NCBI GenBank assembly: GCA_903813345.2
Contig: CAIIXF020000001.1
Location: 22,692,001-22,756,000, forward strand
Reading direction: 5' to 3'
Length of the DNA: 64,000 nucleotides
From: Owenia fusiformis
Taxonomy: Eukaryota
Below are positions 42,901 to 53,100 of this stretch, piece by piece. The notes beneath the pieces were generated by a model. The model worked only from the letters and a program-made list of their open reading frames with translations. It did no database searches and was not told the origin of the DNA. Made by a program: the position numbers and the translations under genes. The stretch's first letter is position 1, and each line of letters starts with the position of its first letter.

Positions 42901-45900
42901 ACTAGGCCTCGACACCAAGGGTAAGAAAATTGTTTTAACTTACAGTGCTTGTCATGGCCAGGTCACTATTATTAGCATCATAGTATGTCTTGGTTTGTTT
43001 GATGGTTGTCTTTGTGGAAAACTCTACTTTTGGTGAGATGCCCTGCAAGAATAGAGTAATTACAATTAAGACATTTTCAAACTCTACTTTTGGTGAGATG
43101 CCCTGCAAGAATAGAGTAATTACAATTAAGACATTTTCAAACTCTACTTTTGGTGAGATGCCCTGCAAGAATAGAGTAATTACAATTAAGACATTTTCAA
43201 ACTCTACTTTTGGTGAGATGCCCTGCAAGAATAGAGTAATAATTACAATTAAGACATTTTCAAACTCTACTTTAGGTGAGATGGCCTGTAAGAATAGAGT
43301 AATTACAATTAAGACATTTTCAAACTCTACTTTTGGTGAGATGCCCTGCAAGAATAGAGTAATAATTACAATTAAGACATTTTCAAACTCTACTTTAGGT
43401 GAGATGCCCTGTAAGAATAGAGTAATTACAATTAAGACATTTTCATTCTGTATATTATAAAGAAAAAAGATTGATGGTATAATAAATGTATATCCTTGCA
43501 ATGTTTTTGCTTACTTAGTTGATATTACTGTTTGAAAATTACAACGAGGCATCAATGAGGCAAAATGTCACCACCTCAAAAGTGTGACAACCGTTACTGA
43601 GAGGCCATAACAAAAACGGAAAGTATGGAATGCTATTTTTTCTTCAATAGGTAATATTTTGTAATCAGAATGTCTACTCAAAATTTATTCAGACACTGAT
43701 CGCTGATTGCCAAATATCAACTGCGGAACACCAACTGCCAAACACAGCCCACAAAAAGTTGAAGACTATAACAATACATGTACATGTATGTCACCACTAG
43801 TCTTGTGGTGATGACATAATAAGAACATGTGAAGCTTCACTTCTATTATGGACTATTTCACTTCATCTAAATCAGTGAACTGTAAGACTCACAGGAAAGT
43901 CTATAGTCCTCTCCATGAGAAGTTCTCTATCAGTTGTGCCATATACAGGACCATAGGTGGGGTATGGGTACAGGAACTCCCTGGCATTCTCCTCATATGT
44001 GGCTAGCACACGGCCCACTCCATACTCTGACACTTGTATCAGCTCCATCATAACATGTTCATCTACAAAACAAATCACAATAGGCAATATTAGATAAACA
44101 CAATATAAGTCAAACTCCTGTTATATAACAAAAATATACATTTGCAGAATGGCATTTATTTTTTTAATTTAGAGCCCAGAAAATGCATGTATTGATAGTG
44201 CAAAGAAACTGTGATATATGTTATCCCTGACTGTATGCATTGTAATTATAGACCTCAGCTTTACTCATCAAGTATTCTTACCTTCTAAAAGCTCAGATAC
44301 AAAGGCAGGATCTAATGCAGTGTAATACACCTGAAAAGTGAAAATAAACTTCATGAATAATAATTTTGTTGAGTAATTCAATAAATCCTCCTACAAAAAG
44401 GGATTTTTTGATAGAAAGTAAACTAATTTCATGGTCGGACTATGTGTTTGAGGATAGATGATTTTCATGGATTGTAAATTGCAAGTTTTTAAAGGTACTG
44501 TAATTATTATGTGATTGAATCTTTTATTATTGTAATGTGACTTCAACCTTTAAATATGAGTGTGTCCTTTCACTAAATTGATCCAACTAAACAAGAACTT
44601 TCACTGTTTTAGAATTGACAATGGGCATATGTGCACATATTTCAGGCCCGTAGCCAGGATTTGCCAAGGGGGGGTTCAGTTTTCAAAAATTTCCAGGGGG
44701 GGTCACATTTGACAATTTTGGCACAAATATGGCTAAAATCACTTGAGAAGTGCTCAAAATGATGAAAACTGCATGATTTGAAGGAATTTTTGGCCAGGGG
44801 GGGGGGAGTTCGCACGAACCCTGCAAACCCCCCCTGGCTACGGGCCTGTATTTTATACTCTACCTTTTCAAATCTCATTTTCTCATGTATGAGCAATGGA
44901 AATACAGGGGTAACTAATTGAGATCTCCTATGTTGTCCAAGAAGACACACACTGATATAGACGTCATCTCTCCGTTGTAGCCACACCCCTGGGGCTGTAA
45001 CCTGCAAAAATAAACAATTGATGAGTCAATCAATTTGTCTCTGGATATATCTATTGCTAGTTGTGGGAGAGGGAGTTGGTATAAATTAAGAGTCACTGTG
45101 TTTCTTATATGCACTCATGTTAAGGCAGGACAAATTATAACCAATAATGCTGGTTGTCCTTATCGTGCATTGTCCACTTTCCCTCTGGGTCATGAGCCTC
45201 AGTTGACATTTGACAAGCAAAAGGGGCAACAAGGACTGTAGAGAGAAAAAACATTTTTCTTTCCTAGCTTTCAAGTCAATATTTGGCTTAAAACCTTCTT
45301 TGACAAACCTATTTTCTTTAAATGTATGTATAAACTATCAATTTCAGCATCAAGAAGTGTTAATTCAGTTCAAAGCTTCTATAAAGGGAGTCACACTTAT
45401 AGATTTTTAAGATTCACCACATTTCAACAGGAATATCAGCTGAAATAATGTTCATTCAGGGGGTTTCTTTGTAGATAATGAAAATATATGTTAGTCTTGA
45501 TGAAATATCCAAACTTAAATATATTTTGACACTGGTCGATGCGTACCCAGCTTACCGGGTGCTACGCCTATATGCATAGGAAACAATCATCAACATCCTG
45601 TCAATCACTCACTTGTAGGCAATAAACCAAGCAACTAATGTCACCTTACGTTAAATGACAGATAAACTGCAATTAATGTATGTGTGTGCATATTCGTCCA
45701 CATTTGTTTAATTTCTAGCAGAAATCGCCTCCTCCCCATGCTTTTATTTTGTTTGATTGACGACCATGATATTGGGTTATATCGAAATAATAAATATGGA
45801 TGTTTTTTGGCCCACCCTGTTTATTAGGGTAAAATGTGCAACTATGAATGTTGTTAACTCTACTAGGAACGTAAGGTACCCAGTCACTCAGCTACCCGGT

Positions 45901-46779
45901 TACCTGGTCACCTATTTTTTTATACAAACCCGTACATGTATTTCGACTCAAGGAGCCTTATTTCACACCATGACCATTATTCAACTAAGGCAATAACACT
46001 GTCCATGTTTGAAAGAACCCAATGTGTTCAAAAGGTAAGACCCCTTAAGGGGTGTATACACTGGCAGGCGAAATGCTTGAAGGGGGGGGGGGCAAAAAGG
46101 CTGAATTGCTTGAAATGGTTGATATGAAAGATAATGTGAAAACAGCTTATACGAATTGATTGAAATGCTTGAAAAATCAGAAACAGGCGAAACAGGCTAA
46201 AGCAGCGACACAGTAATTTTATTTTTCAAGACATACTGATTGAAATGACTGAAACGGTTGAAAAGTCCCGGCGAAATGCTTGAAACAAAAAATATGCATA
46301 TTCGTTTTTCTTTCAATCATTTCGCCCGTTTCTTCATGAATTGGCTGTATGATTGAAATGGTTGAAACTGCAAAACAGGCGCAAACAGCGAAACTTTAAA
46401 TTCATTTCAGAGGCGAAATGATTGAAATGCTCGAAATGACGCAAGCATTGAAACGTAGGAAATGATGCAGGAATTGAAATGATTGAACTGATTGAAACAA
46501 TTGAAACGATTGAAAACTTATTTTTTATAGTGTATACAGGGCTTTAGGGACAGTGGTACCCCCTATCCCCCCCCCCATCTATAATATAGTGTTGCAAATG
46601 TTGCGTGCATGAAGAAAAAATCAAACTCTGCAAGCATTGCACTTGCAAATTTATTTTTTTCAGAAACATCTCATTTGTACACCGAGATTGACAAACATTT
46701 AACTGCTTTTTGACCTAAATAATGAACTTACAGCATGGACGTTAACTTCAACCGTACAACGAAGTCCTTTCTTCGGCAT
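13000..46779 (-). CDS. SPATA6: Spermatogenesis-associated protein 6 family (SPATA6/SPATA6L), complete; 520 or 540 aa depending on the alternative exon
   Basis: Exons 46779-46732, 45001-44864, 44330-44282, 44062-43893, 43042-42944, 21734-21673, 20494-20335, 19666-19513, [18551-18409 or 17686-17604], 15667-15592, 15148-14889, 14658-14564, 13168-13000; all GT-AG and phase-consistent. N-terminal MPKKGLRCTVEVNVHAVTAPGVWL...DVYISVCLLGQ...FPLLIHEKMRFEK...GISPKVEFST and C-terminal VHLDDNSYWSARAADYTGKSHRQLFNDNM match the SPATA6 family. Confidence 0.92.
13588..13945 (+). mobile_element. Kolobok-like non-autonomous element (TTAA TSD), copy 1 of 4
   Basis: ttaa|agggg...cacct|ttaa; homologous to 19869-20231 (inverted), 34273-34635 and ~45221-45535 (truncated). 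Confidence 0.8.
15211..15375. repeat. Short degenerate tandem repeat
   Basis: Recurrent tatggatcagtggataaatggatgctttgagc units, 3-4 copies. Confidence 0.75.
15849..17135 (-). mobile_element. Helentron-associated non-autonomous element (HINE/DINE-1-like) carrying a ~135-bp tandem array
   Basis: Subterminal inverted repeat atcccatcgaac (15883-15894) / gttcgatgggat (17122-17133); short hairpin cgaac-ttc-gttcg; (ggac)n microsatellite at ~17071-17093; about 5 tandem units at 16080-16800; near-identical ends to 35579-36866. Confidence 0.82.
18611..19052. repeat. Interspersed repeat made of two consecutive long palindromes; partial copy at ~63862-64000
   Basis: tttatcacatactatgtagaaatctagtgattt / aaatcactagatttctacatagtatgtgataaa, followed by acacgtttcagc...gtgatacaggaaatattc / gaatatttcccgtatcacatgctgaaacgtgt. 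The second palindrome recurs at the right edge of the window. Confidence 0.75.
19869..20231 (-). mobile_element. Kolobok-like element, copy 2 (inverted)
   Basis: Reverse-complement homology to 13588-13945; ttaa flanks. Confidence 0.8.
20563..20701. mobile_element. PIF/Harbinger-like MITE
   Basis: TIR tgcctcagtcacatttgctccaat / attggagcaaatgtgacccgggca; taa flanks. Confidence 0.7.
20719..20880. mobile_element. Degenerate pogo/Tigger-like MITE
   Basis: agtaaaacctgtctaagtggaacac / gtgttccactttacaggtttcact, with internal gtgttccac repeats. Confidence 0.55.
22378..23848. mobile_element. Foldback element with ~480-bp inverted arms
   Basis: 22381-22860 is the approximate reverse complement of 23370-23843 (cacgccttaccatcgcgtaagcaggcgtcaccgtacagcgtcaaaaaat / atttttgacgctgtacggtgacgcctgcttacgcgatggttaggcgtg). 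Confidence 0.88.
24245..28034 (+). CDS. C2H2 zinc-finger protein A (17 fingers), nested antisense in a SPATA6 intron
   Basis: Coding exons 24245-24395 and 25831-28034 joined in phase 1; acceptor at 24233 implies an upstream non-coding exon; 17 C2H2 fingers, many with HTGEKP linkers; AATAAA at ~28126. Confidence 0.9.
24821..25494. mobile_element. MITE with CAC...GTG ends (CMC/Transib-like termini) in the ZNF-A intron
   Basis: About 50-bp TIR cacaccggaatagcctgacaatggtaaagtcaga / tctgactttaccgttgtcaggctattccggtgtg; flanks tgaat / taaat. Confidence 0.78.
29565..30123. mobile_element. MULE-like MITE with long TIRs and a 9-bp TSD, inserted in a smaller palindromic element (~29527-30231)
   Basis: About 190-bp inverted arms starting ttatctcgttcc and ending gggacgggataa; ggggattgg at 29556-29564 and 30124-30132; host TIR atcgaaataaattaatattggatgg / ccatccagtattaatttatttcgat. 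Confidence 0.82.
30721..33945 (+). CDS. C2H2 zinc-finger protein B (17 fingers), tandem paralogue of A
   Basis: Coding exons 30721-30871 and 31940-33945 joined in phase 1; same exon layout as A (151-nt first coding segment); finger-by-finger collinear with A; AATAAA at 33955. Confidence 0.9.
34273..34635 (+). mobile_element. Kolobok-like element, copy 3
   Basis: ttaa|agagg...cacct|ttaa; homologous to 13588-13945. Confidence 0.8.
35579..36866 (-). mobile_element. HINE/Helentron-like element, copy 2
   Basis: Same ends, subterminal IR, (ggac)n tract and 135-bp units (for example 36146 and 36281) as 15849-17135. Confidence 0.82.
39842..40810 (-). mobile_element. Decayed Tc1/mariner-superfamily transposon with long TIRs and transposase remnants
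   Basis: ta|cagggtg start; ~190-bp inverted arms; minus-strand remnants FSDESHFLLSEHVNSRNNVFW, GATPHT and WSSHSLDL (cf. FSDEAHF..G.VN..N...W, DGA..H, WPP.SPDL) with frameshifts. Confidence 0.8.
41871..42892. mobile_element. Mariner-like non-autonomous element with ~190-bp TIRs
   Basis: ta|cgagggttgatca...tgatcaaccctcg|ta; TA flanks; a related left end at ~63043. Confidence 0.85.
43019..43446. repeat. Tandem array of 7 x 60/63-bp units spanning a SPATA6 intron/exon boundary
   Basis: Each unit (minus strand) is an intron tail ending (g/a)cag plus the first 24 exon nt (GISPKVEF); acceptors at 43408, 43345, 43285, 43222, 43162, 43102 and 43042. Confidence 0.95.
44643..44848. mobile_element. MITE with a 5-bp TSD, 15 nt inside SPATA6 intron 2
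   Basis: TIR caggcccgtagccagg / cctggctacgggcctg; tattt on both flanks. Confidence 0.8.
45221..45535 (+). mobile_element. Kolobok-like element, copy 4 (3' truncated)
   Basis: Homologous to 13588-13945 up to ...ttttgacactggtc. Confidence 0.7.
46048..46543. mobile_element. PIF/Harbinger-like MITE with internal ttgaaa repeats
   Basis: Imperfect TIR aggggtgtatacact / agtgtatacagggct; tta flanks. Confidence 0.7.
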
Positions 46780-47125
46780 TTTGATCACAAGTTTGTGGAG
46801 TAAAGATCAACTTTTCAGAACATTTTGTTTTGGTCGTGATGGTAAACGACGCTTCTGGTGAGAGGTCACATTTTAAGCCAATCAAAATACAGCAAGGTGC
46901 TCTCTCTCTATCTAAATCTACAAATTAATAATTACATCTATTAATCCTTAATTTCACTGTACAAGCTGATTTAATCTGATAAATGTTGATTAATAATTTG
47001 ATATGTGAAAAATTACAATGGTTTCCACATGAAAATGTTCTATTTATTTTGGATTTCTTGTCATGACCCAATTATTGTTTTGTAACCCGGAAGTGAACGT
47101 CGGCCTCTTCGTCACCACGTTCAAA
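46780..47125. promoter_or_regulatory. Probable bidirectional promoter between SPATA6 and TXNDC5 (346 bp between ATGs)
   Basis: Divergent ATGs at 46779 (-) and 47126 (+); agccaatca CCAAT box at ~46876; ETS-like ccggaagt at ~47087. Confidence 0.7.
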
Positions 47126-50100
47126 ATGAAACTTTTGATTTTGATTGTCGCTGTTTTTGCTGGCGTTATTGCCGATGACGACCATGGTAGTAATGCAGTT
47201 GTGTTCACAAGGGAAACCTTTAGTGATGCTGTAACAAGTACACCTCACTTTGTCATGTTCTACGCACCATGGTAAGCATAAAAAGGTTTCAAAAAGGGTA
47301 AACATTAAAAAATCGAAGATTTGTAAAGTCATTCGATATTGGGCCGATATTCCATCATCAGGTTACACTATACAATCATATACTGATCATAACATCCACG
47401 CGTTGTTTAAGTGGAGTTTTTTTCATGAGAGTAATATTTTGAAGCAAAAACACTTTTCCTACTCCTTGTTAACTGTTAAAAATAATAAGAACATAACTTC
47501 GACATATGAGTGTTACCTGATGAATGGGACCCTCACGTGCCTTCTAAATGGTAGTAAACGAACGCTAGTGTAACTACATCAGCTTATCTTTCCGTCCGAT
47601 CAACAATAAGTACAGTTATACAAGAAATGTAAACGAAGTGAAAATATTTCCAAAACTTTTCCGAAAGGCATGTCATTCCGGAAGTTATGATACGTTATGG
47701 TGTCACTACGGTAAATCATTGAAAAATATTGAAAAAAATCACAAAATTCAAGTTCTGGTGTGAGGTTCCATATCCATCCGCCAAAAGGTATGACCCGATA
47801 TAGTCCATTTAAAAATTTTAATTTTGTTCTAAATAACACCATAGTTGGCTTCTACAATAAATGGACGCTGATATCTCAAAAAGAATTAGCCCATACAATG
47901 ACTATATTTTTGCAATCCCCTATACATAACCTTCATCTTGACACTATATTTAACATAGGGTTTGTGTCTCGATTTTTAAATATCGCTACGCCAACATAGG
48001 GACTCATTTTTAGGTAAAATCCCTGCTTCCCCGATGAATAAAGTAGTTCCTGTTTGCGGGACCATATTCTTGAGATTTTTTGCTAAAAATGGCACATTTA
48101 GAAAGTACTTGGCCTCAGCTTTACATAAATACCTCAAATGGCCACAGTACATACACTTAAACCTACTATACACACCATTGAAGTTGGCATTGCTTCGTTT
48201 TTAAAGTATTAATAAAAAACACTTCCTACCCGGAAGTGATTTTTACCGTAATAACACCTTATATTACCGAACATGGGTTTAAATGGAATGTTTTTTCGAT
48301 GGCATTATTACACCAAAAGTAGTGCGAAAATGGCCTTTTCACGGGTTGGCATAAAGTTTTGATGAAATTTAAAGACACAGTTCCTCCTTCACGTATATTA
48401 TCTCATGGAAATGGGCATACCAGCGCAAAGATCTTTGTTCCGTGGTGAAGAAAAGCTATCAAACATTGTCTGAAGAGCAGATTTATCTCCGTAATTCAAC
48501 TTTTAGCATGGCGACCTTGACCTTGAAAAGAATATAGCCATTTGGGCGATAATAGGTGATTCAAAAGTAAAAAATAGTGCTTTTTTGAAGTTTTACTTTT
48601 ACCATGTCAACTTGATTTTTCAAGGACATCCGCCTGATAGTTGTTGGGCCAAGTTTGATGGAAAATGGGCCTTGTTTGATATGCTGGCAGTGAGGTTGAT
48701 TGTGGCAAGTAGTAAAACGGCAAACAATGGTGGAGTCATACCCGATGCTTGGATGTTCGCATTTTATTTAGCTCTCGTAAAATGAACGAACAAAAGTTCC
48801 ATTTTCACTCTTGTTCGATAATATAACGTATCATAACTTCCGGAATGACATGCCTTTCGGAAAAGTTTTGGAAATATTTTCACTTCGTTTACATTTCTTG
48901 TATAACTGTACTTATTGTTGATCGGACGGAAAGATAAGCTGATGTAGTTACACTAGCGTTCGTTTACTACCATTTAGAAGGCACGTGAGGGTCCCATTCA
49001 TCAGGTAACACTCATATGTCGAAGTTATGTTCTTATTATTTTTAACAGTTAACCAGGAGTACACAAAAACTTTACAGAATAAAATCAATTGTGCACTAGG
49101 AAATGGGGCGGTGTTAGTCTACCGTTACTTACTCACTTCGAGAGCCATGTTAGATTTTGAAACTTATGGCTCTCAAACGGAGAAGTGAACAGCTCATCAA
49201 TAGTGACCTTTGAAATCGAATTAAGTCGATCCGTGGCTTACTTTTGGTCTCTAACTGTGTCTTACATAAGTATCATCAATCCGTGTAAGTATTGGAGCGC
49301 TGGAGTACTTCTTTTTCGATCAAGACTTTACTAACCAATCCATCCTTATAACGTAACATATTTTCTATTGTTTAGTGAATTTTGGTCACGAACCGTTCAG
49401 AAACAACAGTTAAAACGAATATTGTCCACGTCAGTTTTGATTGTTCGGCAGGGAAACCAATGGGGTTAGTACACAACTAAGCCCCGGGTATTAAATAAAG
49501 CCCTTGATTAAAGCAGATATATAATTTAACAGTGATAGAATTTGAATAGAATAGAAAACATTAACATTTAAAAGTAGATCTATGGTTTACAACTCATTAA
49601 AAATTGTAAGGCAACTTCCTGGTTGGCAATGTACCCCCTGGGAATTCCCTTTATGTTGGGATACCCTGGGACGACTCTTAGGCTACCGCCTTGACATCGC
49701 CCCTCTTTACCAGTAGTGCAGGCTGTTGCTGTACACTGGGGACCATTTACATTAAAACATTACTGTTCCATATGAGGTCATTTTGACCTTGACTTATTAT
49801 ATTTTTAATGTTAATTTATAATGTTCTTTAATCACATTGTAATATACTCTATGTCGCACAGGGCTTTCACAACCTCCCCCTTATACAAATTTGCTGGCTG
49901 TGGCAGCCAGCTGTCAATGTGCTTTGACAGCACATTGAAATGTACCATGCAAATAATACTAGTGTAACGACCCTTGATACCAAGTTGCTACTACAGTCCA
50001 GCTGTAGTGGCTTAAGCCTTTATAGCTCAGTCGGTAGAGCATCAGTCTTTGGATTCAAGGGTCCTAGGTTCGATTCCTAGGTTCGATTCTTTCAATTTCT

Positions 50101-53100
50101 TTATCTGGCTTGTTACACTATGCTCGTTAGTTAGTCATTCCCCTGGGGCGCCCTCGGGTCTTTATATTGGTGTCAGAAGTGGGATCAGAGCATTGGTTGT
50201 ATCCTTTGCGCCCGTGTGTATATGGTAGTCACTGCTAGGGAAGCAGGGCTGACCACGAGGGCGTGGTCCTTTCAAAGGGGAGATAGTGTAACGACCCTTT
50301 ATACCAAGTTGCTACTACAGTCCAGCTGTAGTGGCTTAAGCCTTTATAGCTCAGTCGGTAGAGCATCAGTCTTTGGATTCAAGGGTCCTAGGTTCGATTC
50401 CCACACAGGGCATTAAATTTAGCACACTTTCTTTCAATTTCTTTATCTGGCTTGTAACACTATGCTCGTTAGTTAGTCATTCCCCTGGGGCGCCCTTGGG
50501 TCTTTATACTAGTATGCAAATGAGGCTGTAAAGCAGTGTCACAGCATCCTCTCCCAATCCTATGACAGCCTGTGGCTGTGAGAACATTGTTCCTGAAATT
50601 GACCCAGCCATCATTTCAAGCCTATATGCAGTCACAGCACTGTCATGGCAATTATTTTCCGTAAAGGCCATATGTCACTGAATATAAAAATGAGAGCAAA
50701 TAAGTAAAAAAGTCTTGATCAAAATCTATAATATTTTTTCTGTGCATAAAATAAATGAATTGAAATAAAACAATTGCACTTTGGAAAAGACATTGACAAA
50801 CATACTTTTAGATTATTAAAACTCTTTCCTTTTATAATATTGAGGGATGTTTGAGAAAAAATCGGAGGGGCAAATCAAGAGCTGAAAAATTAAGACCAAA
50901 TTTGGATTCATACAGAAATACAGGAAATATCAGGATTTGTAAGCATGCTTAGAAAATCTGAGAATACAAATTTATTTGTCCTAGAAAACTTAAATTTACA
51001 TTATTTTCTTCATACAGTACTCAATATTTTGAAGTTTTATGAAACAGTTAAGGGTAAATGAGGCAATATCGGAATTGGCAAGGAATAACATTTGAATGAG
51101 AACATTGTAAGAAATGGTACGGTTTTCTGATGAAATTTACAGTATTTCCCTCTAACTGGAGCTGAAAACAGCAGTTCTTATTTTACAATACAGTGTTCAC
51201 ACTTATCAAAACAAATATCCTTCAAATGGTCAGAGTCAAGATATGTGGAAATCCATTCATCCGAGTCCCTTGCTAGGAGCTCTCTAAATTTGAAATCACC
51301 CTCTTTAAATAAAATACCACACAGAATAAGAGATAAGAACCATCTTTATGAAAAGCCATCAAACCGAGTTGTGAAATTGAAAGATTCCAAGTCATGGAAT
51401 CATGAAAAATCATATCTTCAGTTCCTACCAAATGTAAACTTTAGAATGTTATATGTTTATGTCTACATAAGTGATTCAATTCAATTTCTAACTTGTAGGT
51501 GTGGTCACTGTAAGAGATTGGCACCAACATGGGATGAACTTGCTAAGAAGTTCAATGAGGAAGCCAGCATTATTATAGGCAAGGTACAGTACATACAATA
51601 ATATTTACAATTATAAAGCTTATATTTTACCTTACCAGAAGGATTTTACTCCACTTATACTTAAATTAGAATAGGTTGAGTATTTGACAGATATAAATAT
51701 TGGAACAATTTCTCAGTTTATGTAGAAATTTTGTGTATACAGAGATAGGATTGCCATGGTGAGGGAAAAGTCTATTTGTTATCATTGATAATGATAGTAT
51801 AGATTAAATGCCATCTTAAATCTTGATGTCAGCTCCCAACTGTGGTCTCTAAATAAAATAAGTAAAAATGCAATGTATTGATCATTAGCATTAATACATG
51901 TACTGTGCTATTATCTGCTTTACATATCAGGAACAGATTGAGTATGTAGTACAATCTAATATGCTTCATATATCATTATCCCAACGAACGAAGTTCTGTA
52001 GGGATATAGTGAAGCCCTCCGTCCGTCAGTCTGTCAGTCTGTCAGTCTGTCAGTCTGTCAGTCTGTCAGTCAGTCCATCCGTCTGTCCGGAAGATAACTC
52101 GAATACTAGTGGACAGATTTTCTTCATATTTGGTGGAACAATGTATACTGGTCAATAGTTTTACGCAAGATGGCCGCCAGTTTAAAAGTGGCGGGAATTT
52201 TTCGCAAAAATCTTATGTTTTTCATTTTAAACTAAAATAATAAATATTATTAATTGAAATTTAAAAAAAAGTAAGAGTGGTAAACCGAAAAGCAGGAAAA
52301 ATTTGCTCGTAAAAGATAGTAAAAATCAGTGAAATAAAGAACATTATAAGAAATATATTGAGATACAATGATTCCTAAGATAGTGGAGCATCTGATCAGT
52401 GAACTACAAGAAGAAGGGTGCATCCTCGGAGGATATAAGATAAACGCAACAAACAATGGAACATCTATCACATTGCAATATGTAGTACACCATCTTGGTG
52501 ACCCAAGTTCAGGAACTAGAAGCAAATCACCAAGTAGGCTAATGAGAGACACAAACAGGATTAGTGCTTTCAATGCCAGTAAAAAAATAGTGAGTAGTGT
52601 TCCAAACCATGAACAAATAGGATTACATGAACAGTCAACACCTGTGAAACCTGGTCAAAATACATATAGTGATGATGTGTTTATCAATACTGATAACAGT
52701 CAAATTGTAAACAATAACACTGATACAGAGAATTCACCAAATACAGAAGACAGTGGATTTACTTCATTATTACAGACTCCCCAGGACAGAATCAACAAAG
52801 TAAACACAAGTACACAAACGGATAATAAAGTGAAGAGACACCAGTCTTGCGCAACAGAACTTAAGATGAAACATGTCGCAACTAAAACAGACAATATGGA
52901 CAGAAAACATAGAGGCTGCAATGTAAATATTAAGAAACAGATGGACAACAAATCAACTGAGTGCAAAATTGATAAAGATACCAAAGAAACAAACACAGAT
53001 TCTGATACGACATGCGATGTTGCAGCGCTAACAAACTTCAGTATGGCAACATGTGAAGGGAAGTATATGCGCTTCATTGATAAGATCGGAGAGGATTATA

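Noticed and set aside
42990-43460. 156-aa plus-strand repeat ORF
   Set aside because: Antisense by-product of the 60/63-bp array; the coding signal is SPATA6 on the minus strand.
49610-49750. Possible SINE 3' fragment (GC-richer island)
   Set aside because: No second copy, Pol III boxes or TSD visible in the window, so it cannot be supported.
50340-50412. Functional tRNA-Gln(TTG) or tRNA-Lys gene
   Set aside because: The anticodon stem does not pair, the T and acceptor stems are mismatched, and it lies inside an LTR with a twin copy.
52700-53077. 125-aa hydrophobic minus-strand ORF
   Set aside because: Antisense shadow of the A-rich 245-aa ORF; the poly(A) tail defines the plus strand as sense.
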